Shown here piece by piece: positions 8,601-16,146 of a stretch of 28,903 nt of DNA. Positions within the stretch are counted from its first letter, which is position 1. Every line of letters starts with the position of its first letter. The stretch comes from an uncultured Thermotogae bacterium. GTDB lineage: Bacteria > Bipolaricaulota > Bipolaricaulia > M55B111. A program made the position numbers and the translations under genes. The notes under the pieces are model-generated. The model was not told where the DNA came from. It ran no database searches and worked only from the letters and a program-made list of their open reading frames with translations. Location of the stretch: contig CAYZUF010000001.1 of the NCBI GenBank assembly GCA_964481645.1, positions 1 to 28,903 on the forward strand, written 5' to 3'.

Positions 8601-8626
8601 CCTAACCGCTTACGCAAACGGTTAAA
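8601..8626. promoter_or_regulatory. Two overlapping LacI-type operators upstream of the lacI gene (autoregulation)
   Basis: CCTAACCGCTTACG (8601-8614) and CGCAAACGGTTAAA (8613-8626) both carry the AAxCGxTT core. ACGCAAACG equals the left half of the E. coli PurR box. Confidence 0.6.
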
Positions 8627-8653
8627 TTTATCACAAAATCGCCTTTAAATCAA
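8625..8653 (-). promoter_or_regulatory. Putative sigma70 promoter of the lacI gene
   Basis: TTGATT-17 nt-TAAATT on the minus strand, abutting the operators. Confidence 0.5.
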
Positions 8654-8720
8654 ATTACATTCATCTGAACGGTAAAGAACACTAATTGACAGTGAAGTCG
8701 TTTTCGGGCCGGAGGCTTGA

Positions 8721-8749
8721 TTGATAATCGGAGTTGGGGAAATTAAGAT
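8721..8749 (+). promoter_or_regulatory. Putative sigma70 promoter for the VIT1-like gene
   Basis: TTGATA-17 nt-TAAGAT, the same hexamer pair as the predicted ABC operon promoter. Confidence 0.4.
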
Positions 8750-8817
8750 AAGGCAAAAGGTAGCCCGGGCAGAAAGTTTACGATAGAGGGCTAAAGAGAA
8801 CCTAGAGGGATTGGTAG

Positions 8818-9387
8818 ATGTTTGAAGCGCTGAAAAGTGAAGATTTCTGGAAGATTGCCAGACGGTACTTCGTCTTGAACGGTTTTGACGGTATTTTGAC
8901 CGTGCTGGGAATAACGGCCGGTTCCTTCTCGACCAACGTAGGGAACCCGAAAGTGCTGATTACCTCCTGTATTGGATCGGCGATTGCGTTGGGTGTTTCC
9001 GGGGTTTCCGGTGCTTATATTACGGAGAAAGCGGAGAGACTGAAGGAATTTAAGGAGCTCCAGGATACGATGATTTCCGACCTAAAAGACTCGATTCACA
9101 AAAAGAACGTAACCCACCGGTCAATCGCCATTTCAGTTGTAAATGGCGCATCCCCTTTCCTATTAGCGCTCCTGTCGACTGTACCTTATTTTTTTGCCCT
9201 CACGGAAGTCTTAAATATGCGCATTGCTTACTATCTTTCCGCTAGTATTTCTCTCTTGTTATTGGGAATTCTGGGAGGTTTTCTAGGAAAGATCTCAAAA
9301 GAAAGTCTTATTTCCTATGGGATGAAGATGGTGGGGGTAGGAGTAATAACCGCCGGGCTTTCCCTCGCCCTGGGGATTGGAGGATAA
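8818..9387 (+). CDS. VIT1/CCC1-like membrane protein (short, archaeal-type)
   Basis: RRYFVLNGFDGILTVLG N-terminal motif, ALGVSGVSGAYITEKAER and five hydrophobic segments. It has only a short cytoplasmic insert. Confidence 0.75.
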   Translation: MFEALKSEDFWKIARRYFVLNGFDGILTVLGITAGSFSTNVGNPKVLITSCIGSAIALGVSGVSGAYITEKAERLKEFKELQDTMISDLKDSIHKKNVTHRSIAISVVNGASPFLLALLSTVPYFFALTEVLNMRIAYYLSASISLLLLGILGGFLGKISKESLISYGMKMVGVGVITAGLSLALGIGG

Positions 9388-9466
9388 TTTTCCCTTCTCC
9401 CTCCTCCTTTTGGTCCAGGTAGCGCCGGTGGGGCTGATCGAAAGTCAGGTATTCGCTCGTCGAGAC

Positions 9467-9703
9467 CTACTTGCTAATGAGCCAGGAGATCAAGTTGACC
9501 AGGAAAGTTAACCCTAGGCTTAGGACCAGAGCCGTACCCAGAGGGAAATAGAAGTTAAAACTACCCTTCTGGAACCTGATATCCCCCGGTAGTTCCCCCA
9601 GGAATGGAATCCGGTTACCGAAGGTCAACAGAAGGCCAACTCCGATCAGGAGCCCTCCCACGATCAGCAGGGTCTTACCAAATTCCCTCGCGAAAGGGGG
9701 CAT
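9467..9703 (-). CDS. DUF2905-family small membrane protein
   Basis: GKTLLIVGGLLIGVGLL...LGELPGDI....F.FYFPLGTALVLSL matches the DUF2905 pattern. SD GGAGG upstream. Confidence 0.85.
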   Translation of the reverse strand: MPPFAREFGKTLLIVGGLLIGVGLLLTFGNRIPFLGELPGDIRFQKGSFNFYFPLGTALVLSLGLTFLVNLISWLISK

Positions 9704-9891
9704 CGGGCTTCCCTCCTTTTGCTCTTGCGTTTATTGGTTGATATCCGGCTTCGGCGTCCGCGAATCCTATCTCTACTGTCACCGAATCCCATCACGAATT
9801 AATTTTCCTTTTCTCCGGGCTTGAGTTCAACCCATTCCCCATCTATCCGTAATCCTCAAACCTGCATGCGCCCGGTTTAATTGACTTCTTG

Positions 9892-9920
9892 TTGCATTGG
9901 ATTTTCGTTTGCTTTATTAT
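9892..9920 (+). promoter_or_regulatory. Putative sigma70 promoter for tRNA-Leu (and probably plsX-fab)
   Basis: TTGCAT-17 nt-TATTAT, about 33 nt upstream of the tRNA. Confidence 0.6.
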
Positions 9921-9953
9921 TCGTCTGAGCCGTGAAGATTTGCGGTTATCTTA

Positions 9954-10043
9954 GCCGAGGTGGCGGAATTGGCAGACGCGCATGGTTGAGGGCCATGTGG
10001 ACATTTTTCGTCCGTGCGGGTTCAAGTCCCGCCCTCGGCACCA
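9954..10043 (+). tRNA. tRNA-Leu(GAG)
   Basis: Acceptor stem GCCGAGG/CCTCGGC, D-loop GGAATTGGCAGAC, anticodon stem CATGG-TTGAGGG-CCATG, long variable arm GGAC/GTCC, T-arm GCGGGTTCAAGTCCCGC, discriminator A and encoded CCA. Confidence 0.97.
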
Positions 10044-10071
10044 ATACTTATGGTGACTTTTTTCTACCGAT

Positions 10072-11091
10072 ATGAAAGTTTTGCTGGATACGATGAGTGG
10101 GGACGCCCCGCCGGGAGAGGTAATAAAAGGTGCGATCCAAGCGCTAAGGGAAACCAGGGGAGCGGATTTCGGCGTAACTTTAGTCGGCGAGGAGGAGCTA
10201 AATAGCAGTCAGGTCACCCGCCTGGACGCTGGGAATATCAGCTCCAGAATTTCCTACCTTCATGCCCCAAACACGATTTCGATGGACGACACCCCGGCAA
10301 AGGCGGTACGGAGAAATCCGGACTCTTCTCTTGTCAAGGGGGTTAAGTCACTGGGCGACGACGCGGGGATATTCATATCTTCGGGCAACACGGGCGCAGT
10401 GGTGGCGGCGGCTCTCTTCAATCTCGGGCGAATCCCTGGGGTGGCCAGGCCCGGCCTTGCCGGTATTACCCCGACGGTGAAGAGTGGAAACGTTGTTTTA
10501 ATAGATATCGGCGCTACTACCGACGCCAGTCCCAGGAACCTGGCTCAATTTGGGGTTATGGGAAATGTTTTTGCAAAGCGGGTCCTCGGGAAGTCGGATC
10601 CCAAGGTAGCGGTTCTTAATATCGGAGAAGAGCAAACCAAAGGAAACAAATTAACGAAGGAGGCAGTCTCGCTGATCCGGAAGACCGATCTCCAGTACGT
10701 GGGAAACGTAGAACCGCACCTACTGTTAACTGAGCCGCCGGCGGACGTGGTTATCTGTGAGGGTTTTGTCGGAAATATCCTGATAAAGGCCTTTGAGGGG
10801 GGAGTTGAGGGTACGATAGGTTTCTTCAAGAAGGCCCTTACCTCCAGCCTCAGGGCCAAACTTGGCGGGCTAGTCCTTCGTCCCACTCTGAAGAAACTTC
10901 AGAACCAATTGAACTATTCTCAGTTTGGTGCAGTCCCTCTACTTGGGGTAAAAGGGGTCGTTTTCGTTGCCCACGGAAGATCGGGAGCTCGAGCGATCAA
11001 GAATGCCATTTTGAATGCGAGGGAAGCATCTCGCTGGGACCTACCCGGAGAAATAGAAACAGAAATAGAGAGGTTCGATTTTAGTGAGTGA
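10072..11091 (+). CDS. plsX: Phosphate acyltransferase PlsX
   Basis: LDTMSGD, SSGNTGA, PGVARPGLA, LIDIGAT, LNIGEEQTKGN, DVVICEGFVGN and GAVPLLGV...AHGRS motifs. Confidence 0.96.
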   Translation: MKVLLDTMSGDAPPGEVIKGAIQALRETRGADFGVTLVGEEELNSSQVTRLDAGNISSRISYLHAPNTISMDDTPAKAVRRNPDSSLVKGVKSLGDDAGIFISSGNTGAVVAAALFNLGRIPGVARPGLAGITPTVKSGNVVLIDIGATTDASPRNLAQFGVMGNVFAKRVLGKSDPKVAVLNIGEEQTKGNKLTKEAVSLIRKTDLQYVGNVEPHLLLTEPPADVVICEGFVGNILIKAFEGGVEGTIGFFKKALTSSLRAKLGGLVLRPTLKKLQNQLNYSQFGAVPLLGVKGVVFVAHGRSGARAIKNAILNAREASRWDLPGEIETEIERFDFSE

Positions 11092-12088
11092 GACCCCTCC
11101 TTACCGGAGCCTTCCTGGAGTCCTGGGTCTTGGGACCGGGGTACCTGCCAAAGTGGTTTCCAACGAGGATCTGGAGGAAATAGTGGAAACTTCCGATCAA
11201 TGGATTACTTCACGGACCGGGATAAAACATCGTCACGTCCTGGAGGAGGGAGAAGACCCCTCTTCCTTGGGGGTGATTGCCTCGGAAGAAGCTCTGGACT
11301 CCGCCCCTGTTGACAGGAAGGATATAGATCTGGTTATCGTGGCCACCAACGTCTCCGATATGCCGATTCCCGGTTCCTCCCCGTTTATAACCAGAGAACT
11401 GGGTTTGCCCGGAGATATTCCTTTTTTCGATTTGAAGGCAGGTTGTAGCGGTTTTTTGTATGCCGTAAACGTTGCCGTAAACATGATTCGGGGGAACGGG
11501 TACGAGCAGGTCCTGGTGATAGGCCTGGAAGCCTTGTCCCGTATTTTGGATTGGGAGGACAGAAGCACCTGTGTTCTCTTCGGGGATGGTGCCGGGGCGG
11601 CTGTAATTGGGTCCGAGGCAACTTCCGGAAAGATACTGTCCACGAGGATCTACGGTGATCCTTCCGGGGCCGAGCTAATCAGGCTGGAAGGGGGGGGAAC
11701 TCGTTTTCCTCCGGCAGAGGGAGATCGGTCCGACCGGAGTTATTATCTGGAAATGGAAGGCAAAGGGGTTTTCAAGAGCGCCGTCAATATGATGAAAAGT
11801 TCTTCTCTAAAAGTAATTGAAGAGGCCGGACTGGAGCTGGAGCGGGTGGACTGGATCGTGCCCCATCAGGCCAATATAAGGATAATAAAACAGCTTGCTA
11901 AGAGTTTGGGCGTAGAAATGGACCGGATAGTGGTTAACCTCGAGGAATACGCAAATACCTCGACAGCCACCATTCCATTGGCCTTAAATGAGGTGGTGAA
12001 TAGAGGGGAGATAGAGTCCGGGGACCTGGTTTTATTGACCGCTTTTGGGGCCGGGGCCGCCTACGGCGCGACGCTTATCGAGTGGTGA
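11084..12088 (+). CDS. fabH: 3-oxoacyl-ACP synthase III
   Basis: Catalytic Cys in AGCSGF, PHQAN, NTS, LFGDGAGA and ETSDQWITSRTGI. Confidence 0.96.
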   Translation: MSETPPYRSLPGVLGLGTGVPAKVVSNEDLEEIVETSDQWITSRTGIKHRHVLEEGEDPSSLGVIASEEALDSAPVDRKDIDLVIVATNVSDMPIPGSSPFITRELGLPGDIPFFDLKAGCSGFLYAVNVAVNMIRGNGYEQVLVIGLEALSRILDWEDRSTCVLFGDGAGAAVIGSEATSGKILSTRIYGDPSGAELIRLEGGGTRFPPAEGDRSDRSYYLEMEGKGVFKSAVNMMKSSSLKVIEEAGLELERVDWIVPHQANIRIIKQLAKSLGVEMDRIVVNLEEYANTSTATIPLALNEVVNRGEIESGDLVLLTAFGAGAAYGATLIEW

Positions 12089-12978
12089 TCGGAGTGGGGA
12101 AGACCGCTTTTCTCTTCCCGGGTCAGGGGGACCAGCAGGTGGGAATGGGGAAATCCTTTTCTGACGACCCTCGGGTAGTCTCCCTTTACGAAACGGCAAG
12201 CGAGGTGGTGGGGTACGATCTCCAGGAATTGGTCCTGGAGGGCCCGGAAACCGAACTATCTCGAACGGAGAGGGCTCAACCCGCAATATTTACCGATAGC
12301 CTTGCCAGGCACAGGATACTGGTCGACCGGGGCCTGGAACCCGACTGCCTGGTTGGCCACAGCTTGGGGGAATTTTCTTCCTTGGTCGCAGCGGGATCTC
12401 TCTCCTTCGAAGAGGGGATCCGGATTGTCAAAAGGAGGGGGGAATTGTGCCGGGACCTGGAGGTAAACGGATCTATGTTGGCTGTACTGGGTTTACGTTA
12501 CTCGAAGGTCGAGGAGATGGTAAATCGGATGGATGAGCCAGTCACTGTGGCCAATTACAATGCTCCCCGTCAAGTGGTCATTTCGGGGAAGGAGAAGGAT
12601 TTGGAGCACGGACGGCGACGACTTGAAAGTCAGGGAGCGAAATGTATCCCGCTGGACGTAACGGGCCCCTTTCATTCTTCGTTCATGAAAAAAGCGGAGG
12701 AAAAACTGGGGGATTTTCTCCAGAGCTACGATTTTGGTGACCCGTCCGTACCCGTTCTTTCGGGGGTCTCCGGGTCTTTCGAAACGAGCGGGGAGAGGCT
12801 GGCGGAGCTGATTACCCGTCAGATGACCAGTCCGGTAAGGTGGGTGGACTATATCGAGGTGTCGAGGGAGTTCGGGGTTGATTCCACGGTGGAGGTAGGA
12901 CCTGACAAAACTCTGACCAAATTGAGTCTGAGAATCGCCCCCGAACTGGAGGGAGAAAGTTTTGATGAGGTGATATAA
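12082..12978 (+). CDS. fabD: Malonyl-CoA:ACP transacylase
   Basis: FLFPGQGDQ, GHSLGE, ANYNAPRQVVISG, PFHS and VEVGP. The exact start (GTG 12082 or a few codons later) is uncertain. Confidence 0.96.
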   Translation: MVIGVGKTAFLFPGQGDQQVGMGKSFSDDPRVVSLYETASEVVGYDLQELVLEGPETELSRTERAQPAIFTDSLARHRILVDRGLEPDCLVGHSLGEFSSLVAAGSLSFEEGIRIVKRRGELCRDLEVNGSMLAVLGLRYSKVEEMVNRMDEPVTVANYNAPRQVVISGKEKDLEHGRRRLESQGAKCIPLDVTGPFHSSFMKKAEEKLGDFLQSYDFGDPSVPVLSGVSGSFETSGERLAELITRQMTSPVRWVDYIEVSREFGVDSTVEVGPDKTLTKLSLRIAPELEGESFDEVI

Positions 12979-12979
12979 G

Positions 12980-13705
12980 TTGGACTTTTCCGGTACGGTC
13001 GCAATCGTTACGGGAGGTGGAAGCGGGATAGGGGAAGAAATCACTCGCCGCCTGGTCGAGCACGGGGTACAAACTCAAATATTCTCTCGATCCCGGGGAA
13101 AGGAAACTGCCGAAAAACTGGGTTCTGATTGCTCCTTCCTGGAAACGGACGTGACGGATTATCAGTCCGTGGAGAACTCCGTGAAGAAGACCCTGGATCA
13201 ATATGGGGGGGTCGACTATCTTGTAAACAATGCAGGATTGACGGACGACAATCTTCTGCTCCGTATGTCAGCCCAGGAGTGGAACGGAGTAATAGACGTA
13301 AACCTGAACGGCGTCTTTAACTGTACTCGAGCCACGCTGAGGTACATGATTAAAGGAGGAGGGAGTATCGTCAACATCTCTTCGGTTTCTGGCCTGCTCG
13401 GGAACAAAGGCCAAGCCAATTACGCCGCTGCAAAAGCGGGAATAGTGGGGTTTACCAAGTCCCTGGCACAGGAGTACGGCAAGAGGAATCTAAGGGCTAA
13501 CGTCGTGGCTCCCGGTTTCGTCAACACGCGATTGACCGGGGATATCCCGGAGAACAAGCGGACATCTTATCTTGATAACGTGATACTGAAGCGATTTGCG
13601 GAGCCGGAAGAGATCGCCCGTCCCTCGGTCTTTCTATTGAGTGACCAAGCGAGCTATATTACGGGGACCGTACTCAGGGTTGACGGTGGTTTGTCATTTG
13701 GCTAG
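12980..13705 (+). CDS. fabG: 3-oxoacyl-ACP reductase
   Basis: TGGGSGIG, NNAG, YAAAK and NVVAPGF. TTG start with a GAGGTG SD. Confidence 0.95.
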   Translation: MDFSGTVAIVTGGGSGIGEEITRRLVEHGVQTQIFSRSRGKETAEKLGSDCSFLETDVTDYQSVENSVKKTLDQYGGVDYLVNNAGLTDDNLLLRMSAQEWNGVIDVNLNGVFNCTRATLRYMIKGGGSIVNISSVSGLLGNKGQANYAAAKAGIVGFTKSLAQEYGKRNLRANVVAPGFVNTRLTGDIPENKRTSYLDNVILKRFAEPEEIARPSVFLLSDQASYITGTVLRVDGGLSFG

Positions 13706-13753
13706 ACTTTTCATCGCTGAGATTGAGCTTATATCATACCAGGAGGTATCTCT

Positions 13754-13996
13754 ATGGAAGATCTCGAATCTCAAGTTAAGGAGATCATTAGCAGGCAACT
13801 GATGGTAGATGAAGACGAATTGACCCTTGAGGCCTCTTACGTCGAAGACCTGGGAGCTGATTCGCTGGATACGGTGGAGATGATCATGGAATTTGAAGAT
13901 GAGTTTGGAATTGAGATCCCGGATGAAGATGCCGAAGACCTGACCACCGTAGGGGAATCGATAGATTACCTTGAAGAGCTTCTTGAAGAAGAATAA
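13754..13996 (+). CDS. acpP: Acyl carrier protein
   Basis: [11 protein letters not shown] phosphopantetheine site; AGGAGGT SD. Confidence 0.98.
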   Translation: MEDLESQVKEIISRQLMVDEDELTLEASYVEDLGADSLDTVEMIMEFEDEFGIEIPDEDAEDLTTVGESIDYLEELLEEE

Positions 13997-14023
13997 TTCT
14001 AATTTTCGAGACTAGAATTCCGG

Positions 14024-14515
14024 GTGATGCAGATGGGAGAGGAGCGCCGGGGAGACGTAGGTCACGAATCGAAAAATCCCTATTACGAAGGAAAAAAATA
14101 TAAGGAACCTACCTTCTGTCCGAACTGCGGGCTGGTATTTTCGGAAGGAAGGTGGGTCGACGAGCAGGTTCCACAATCCAAAAATGCCCGGGAATCCCTA
14201 TGCCCTGCCTGTAGAAGGAAGAGGGATAAAAATCCGGAAGGACTTGTTTACCTTTCGGGAGACTACTTCGACCAGCATAAGGAGGAAATACTCCACCTGG
14301 CCAAAAATAAGGAAGAACAAGCGAGGGAGACGAGACCGCTTCAGCGGTTAATGTGGGCTGAAGACCAGTCGGACGGTCTGGAGCTGGCAACCACCAATGA
14401 GCATCTGGCCAGGAGAATAGGTAAGGCCGTTGCCCGTGCCCACGACGGAGAGCTGGACATCAAGTCGGGAGACAACGAGCGCCTGGTCAGGGTATACTGG
14501 AAGAGAGAGGAGTAA
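14024..14515 (+). CDS. BCAM0308-like zinc-finger protein, function unknown
   Basis: Two CxxC pairs (CPNC...GRW...CPAC), then HLARRIGKAVARAHDGEL and RVYW at the end; pattern recalled from the BCAM0308 family. Start codon uncertain. Confidence 0.7.
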   Translation: MMQMGEERRGDVGHESKNPYYEGKKYKEPTFCPNCGLVFSEGRWVDEQVPQSKNARESLCPACRRKRDKNPEGLVYLSGDYFDQHKEEILHLAKNKEEQARETRPLQRLMWAEDQSDGLELATTNEHLARRIGKAVARAHDGELDIKSGDNERLVRVYWKREE

Positions 14516-14519
14516 AGAA

Positions 14520-15164
14520 ATGACGGAAGTTCCTGAGGTCGATGTTGGAAACCGTGAGCTGGAGGACTTTTTAGCTGACCTGGCGTCGAGCAAACCTGCT
14601 CCGGGTGGAGGCTCGGCTTCGGCCGTGGTCGGAGCACTTTCAGCCGCACTCGCCTCTATGGTGGCCAATCTGACGGTGGGCAAAGAAGAATATAGTGACG
14701 TCGAGGAGAAGTACGAGACCATCCTGAAAAGAGCGGACCGGCTCAGGGGTGAGTTTATCGCTGCGGTCGAAGAGGATATAACTGCTTATAACAGAGTAAT
14801 GGAGGCCTACGGGATGCCGAAGGAGACCGACGAGGAAAAAGAAAAGCGAAAGAAAGCTATTCAGTCTGCTCTAAAAGAAGCAACGGTTCCCCCTTTTAAA
14901 ATGGCCGACCTGGCCCTTGAGGTACTTGCCTTGAGCGAGGAATGTGCCGTTTCCGGGAACAGACACGCCGTTACCGATGCCGGCGCTTCCGCTATTCTCG
15001 CGGAGGCAACCGTCAGGTCCTCCCTGCTGAACGTCGATATTAATCTTTCCTCGATTTCCGACGCCGACTTCGTCAGTCAAAAAGGGAAGAAAAGAGAGGA
15101 AGTGGAGGATAAAGCGAAGGAGAAAGCGGCGGAGGTCGCCAAGATAATGGAGCAGAAGATTTAG
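14520..15164 (+). CDS. Cyclodeaminase/cyclohydrolase family protein (FTCD C-terminal domain, FchA-like)
   Basis: FLADLASSKPAPGGGSASA, ASMVANLTVGK, GNRHAVTDAG and LNVDINL. The start is ATG 14520, 4 nt after the upstream stop, rather than 14430. Confidence 0.9.
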   Translation: MTEVPEVDVGNRELEDFLADLASSKPAPGGGSASAVVGALSAALASMVANLTVGKEEYSDVEEKYETILKRADRLRGEFIAAVEEDITAYNRVMEAYGMPKETDEEKEKRKKAIQSALKEATVPPFKMADLALEVLALSEECAVSGNRHAVTDAGASAILAEATVRSSLLNVDINLSSISDADFVSQKGKKREEVEDKAKEKAAEVAKIMEQKI

Positions 15165-15177
15165 GCGGATTTTATCT

Positions 15178-15948
15178 ATGGAAGGAGAGCTATTAGCCAC
15201 CGCCAGGTCAGTGGCTGAAGAAGCGGGTGAACTGCTGCTGGAGGGGTTGAAGGAAAGTAGAAACGTAAGCCATAAATCCAGCTCTTCCGACCTGGTCACC
15301 CAGTACGATCATGCCTCTCAGGAATTAATCGTGGAACGAATCCAGGATTCTTTTCCCACCCATTCTATACTGGCGGAGGAGGAATTTGGACTGGAGAAGA
15401 GTTCTACTAAATGGGTTATCGATCCCCTGGACGGGACCACGAATTACGTCCATAACTACCCCCTTTTTGGTGTCTCCGTTGCAGTCGAGTCCGAAGGAGA
15501 GGTGGTAGTTGGGGCGGTTCACCTTCCCGTCCTGGAGGAGACCTTTACTGCAGCTAGAGGGGCGGGCGCAACCCTGAACGGAGAGGAAATATCCGTATCC
15601 GATACCGCCGAGCTCTCCGGGTCCTTGCTTTCCACCGGGTTTCCGTACGATACGGAGCTCTTCCCGGAGGCTCTGGCAATGTTCTCCGAGCTGGCCGGGG
15701 AAGTGCGGGGGATAAGGAGGGATGGTTCCGCGGCAGCCGATCTCGCCTTCGTGGCTTCGGGGAGATACGATGGTTTCTGGGAGATCGGTCTTTCTTCCTG
15801 GGACGTGGCCGCGGGTTCTTTGATCCTCGAAGAAGCCGGAGGTCAGGTCAGCGACCTTTCCGGAGAGGACCACCAACTTTACCGATCGGAAGGAATAGTG
15901 GCCACCAACGGAGAGATCCACGAGGAAGTCTTGGGAAAATTATCCTGA
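15178..15948 (+). CDS. suhB: Inositol monophosphatase family protein
   Basis: DLVTQYD, LAEEE, WVIDPLDGTTNYVH, TGFPY, GSAAADLAFVASGRYDGFWE and WDVAAG. Confidence 0.93.
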   Translation: MEGELLATARSVAEEAGELLLEGLKESRNVSHKSSSSDLVTQYDHASQELIVERIQDSFPTHSILAEEEFGLEKSSTKWVIDPLDGTTNYVHNYPLFGVSVAVESEGEVVVGAVHLPVLEETFTAARGAGATLNGEEISVSDTAELSGSLLSTGFPYDTELFPEALAMFSELAGEVRGIRRDGSAAADLAFVASGRYDGFWEIGLSSWDVAAGSLILEEAGGQVSDLSGEDHQLYRSEGIVATNGEIHEEVLGKLS

Positions 15949-16146
15949 AGTGGTCTCCTTGGATAACGACAAAAACGCTGACGATCAGGATTGCGCCTAA
16001 ATTGTAAAGTTGAGTAGGTCGGTCTAACCGGGTTTGTGAGTCATCTTTTTGCTTTGACCAAAAAGGGGTAGAGCCGGATCCCGCGAGGTCAAAGACCAGC
16101 GGGTTGGGTGAGCGTTTTTGGGGAATGAAGGAGGGGAACGGTACAA

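Noticed and set aside
8750-8817. Possible Mn (yybP-ykoY) or fluoride riboswitch before the VIT1-like gene
   Set aside because: Conserved cores not found.
9664-9792. 42-aa Arg-rich minus-strand ORF (MGFGDSRDRIRGRRSR...) near plsX, considered as rpmF/L32
   Set aside because: Wrong strand relative to plsX, no MAVPK start or zinc-ribbon pattern, and it overlaps DUF2905.
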